Assembly: GCA_964434815.1 (NCBI GenBank)
Contig: CAYSXF010000018.1
Coordinates: 1 to 14,258, forward strand
Origin: an uncultured Lentisphaeraceae bacterium
Lineage (GTDB): Bacteria > Verrucomicrobiota > Kiritimatiellia > RFP12 > UBA1067
Length of the DNA: 14,258 nucleotides
Direction: 5' to 3'
Shown: piece by piece, positions 13,564-14,258 of the stretch
Numbering within the stretch: the stretch's first letter is position 1
Layout: the number at the start of each line of letters is the position of its first letter
Made by a program: the position numbers and the translations under genes
Notes under the pieces: generated by a model
What the model saw: only the letters and a program-made list of their open reading frames with translations
What the model was told of the DNA's origin: nothing
Databases searched by the model: none

Positions 13564-14258
13564 ATGATCTTTTACGAAAAATTACAAAACCATACGCCGA
13601 CGGTCTCTTTCGAGTTCTTTCCGCCCAAGACGCCGGAGGGCTGGGCCAAACTCTACGCCACCATTGCTGAGACCGCACGGCTGAATGTGGATCTTGTCTC
13701 CGTCACCTACGGGGCTGGCGGCAGCACGCGCGAGAACACGGTCGACCTGGTCGCCTCGCTGCAGAACAACCTCGCCCTTCACGCTATGGCGCACCTCACC
13801 TGCCTGGGACACTCGCAGGTGGATATCTCCAAGATCCTCGACAAATTGGCCGCGAAGCAGGTGCCGGCCGTCATGGCGCTGCGCGGCGACCCGCCCCAGG
13901 GCGAGACCGCCTTCCGGCCGCACCCCTATGGCTTCGCCCACGCCAGCGACCTGATCGGCTTCATCCGGGACGGCTGGCCGCAGTTCAAGATCGGCTGCGC
14001 GGCATATCCCGAAGGCCACCCCGAGGCGTTCGCACCCGGCGAAACCCGCACGCCCGACCGCGACATTGCGTTCCTCAAGCTGAAACAGGACAACGGCGCG
14101 GACTATGCGGTGACGCAGCTCTTCTTCGACAACGCCGTCTACTTCGCGTTCGTGGAAAAGGCGCGCGCGGCCGGCGTGACGCTTCCGCTCTTGCCGGGCA
14201 TCATGCCTCTGACGTCGGCTAAGCAAATCGAGCGCTTCATCGCGCTCTCCGGCTGCTC
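13564..14258 (+). CDS. metF: 5,10-methylenetetrahydrofolate reductase (MetF), 3'-partial because it runs off the window end. It is missing from the ORF track because it has no in-window stop.
   Basis: My own translation from ATG 13564 gives MIFYEKLQNHTPTVSFEFFPPKT...SVTYGAGGSTRE...HLTCLGHS...ALRGDPPQGE...AAYPEGHPEA...VTQLFFD, classic MetF motifs with no stops to 14258. SD AGGAAA sits 5 nt upstream. Confidence 0.88.
   Translation, partial: MIFYEKLQNHTPTVSFEFFPPKTPEGWAKLYATIAETARLNVDLVSVTYGAGGSTRENTVDLVASLQNNLALHAMAHLTCLGHSQVDISKILDKLAAKQVPAVMALRGDPPQGETAFRPHPYGFAHASDLIGFIRDGWPQFKIGCAAYPEGHPEAFAPGETRTPDRDIAFLKLKQDNGADYAVTQLFFDNAVYFAFVEKARAAGVTLPLLPGIMPLTSAKQIERFIALSGC

Noticed and set aside
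13582-14226. 214-aa minus-strand ORF and 13685-13954 (+) in the last 700 nt
   Set aside because: The plus-strand frame 1 from ATG 13564 translates into a textbook MetF. The listed ORFs are out-of-frame or antisense overlaps and appear only because metF has no stop within the window.

Overview
This is a 14.3-kb high-GC (~65%) bacterial contig that looks like it came from a short-read or metagenome assembly. Nt 1-50 are an Illumina P7/TruSeq adapter with an 8-nt index, so biological sequence starts at nt 51. Gene content, in order: (i) a 3'-truncated SPFH/band-7 membrane protein on the minus strand; (ii) a divergent 1062-aa bifunctional L-fucokinase/GDP-L-fucose pyrophosphorylase (Fkp-like) on the plus strand; (iii) a long minus-strand run made of a degenerate vapBC pair (intact RHH antitoxin, N-terminally truncated PIN toxin), an orphan parA/soj ATPase whose ATG overlaps the leuD stop (ATGA), leuD, leuC, a 238-aa conserved hypothetical, dtd, a ~180-bp complex inverted/tandem repeat, and a ~1425-1450-aa protein fusing a GlgE-like GH13 alpha-glucan transferase domain to a complete amylo-alpha-1,6-glucosidase (glycogen-debranching) module; (iv) a divergent, 3'-partial metF on the plus strand. 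metF is absent from the ORF track because it runs off the window. Structure not explained by the genes: heptanucleotide tandem repeats inside both giant CDSs, an intrinsic-terminator-like hairpin between leuC and leuD, a 20/21-bp hairpin upstream of leuC, and three TCGATT motifs at exact 9-bp spacing in the AT-rich divergent region before metF. I saw no rRNA, tRNA or CRISPR array. All calls are from reading the sequence and remembered family motifs; no database searches were run.
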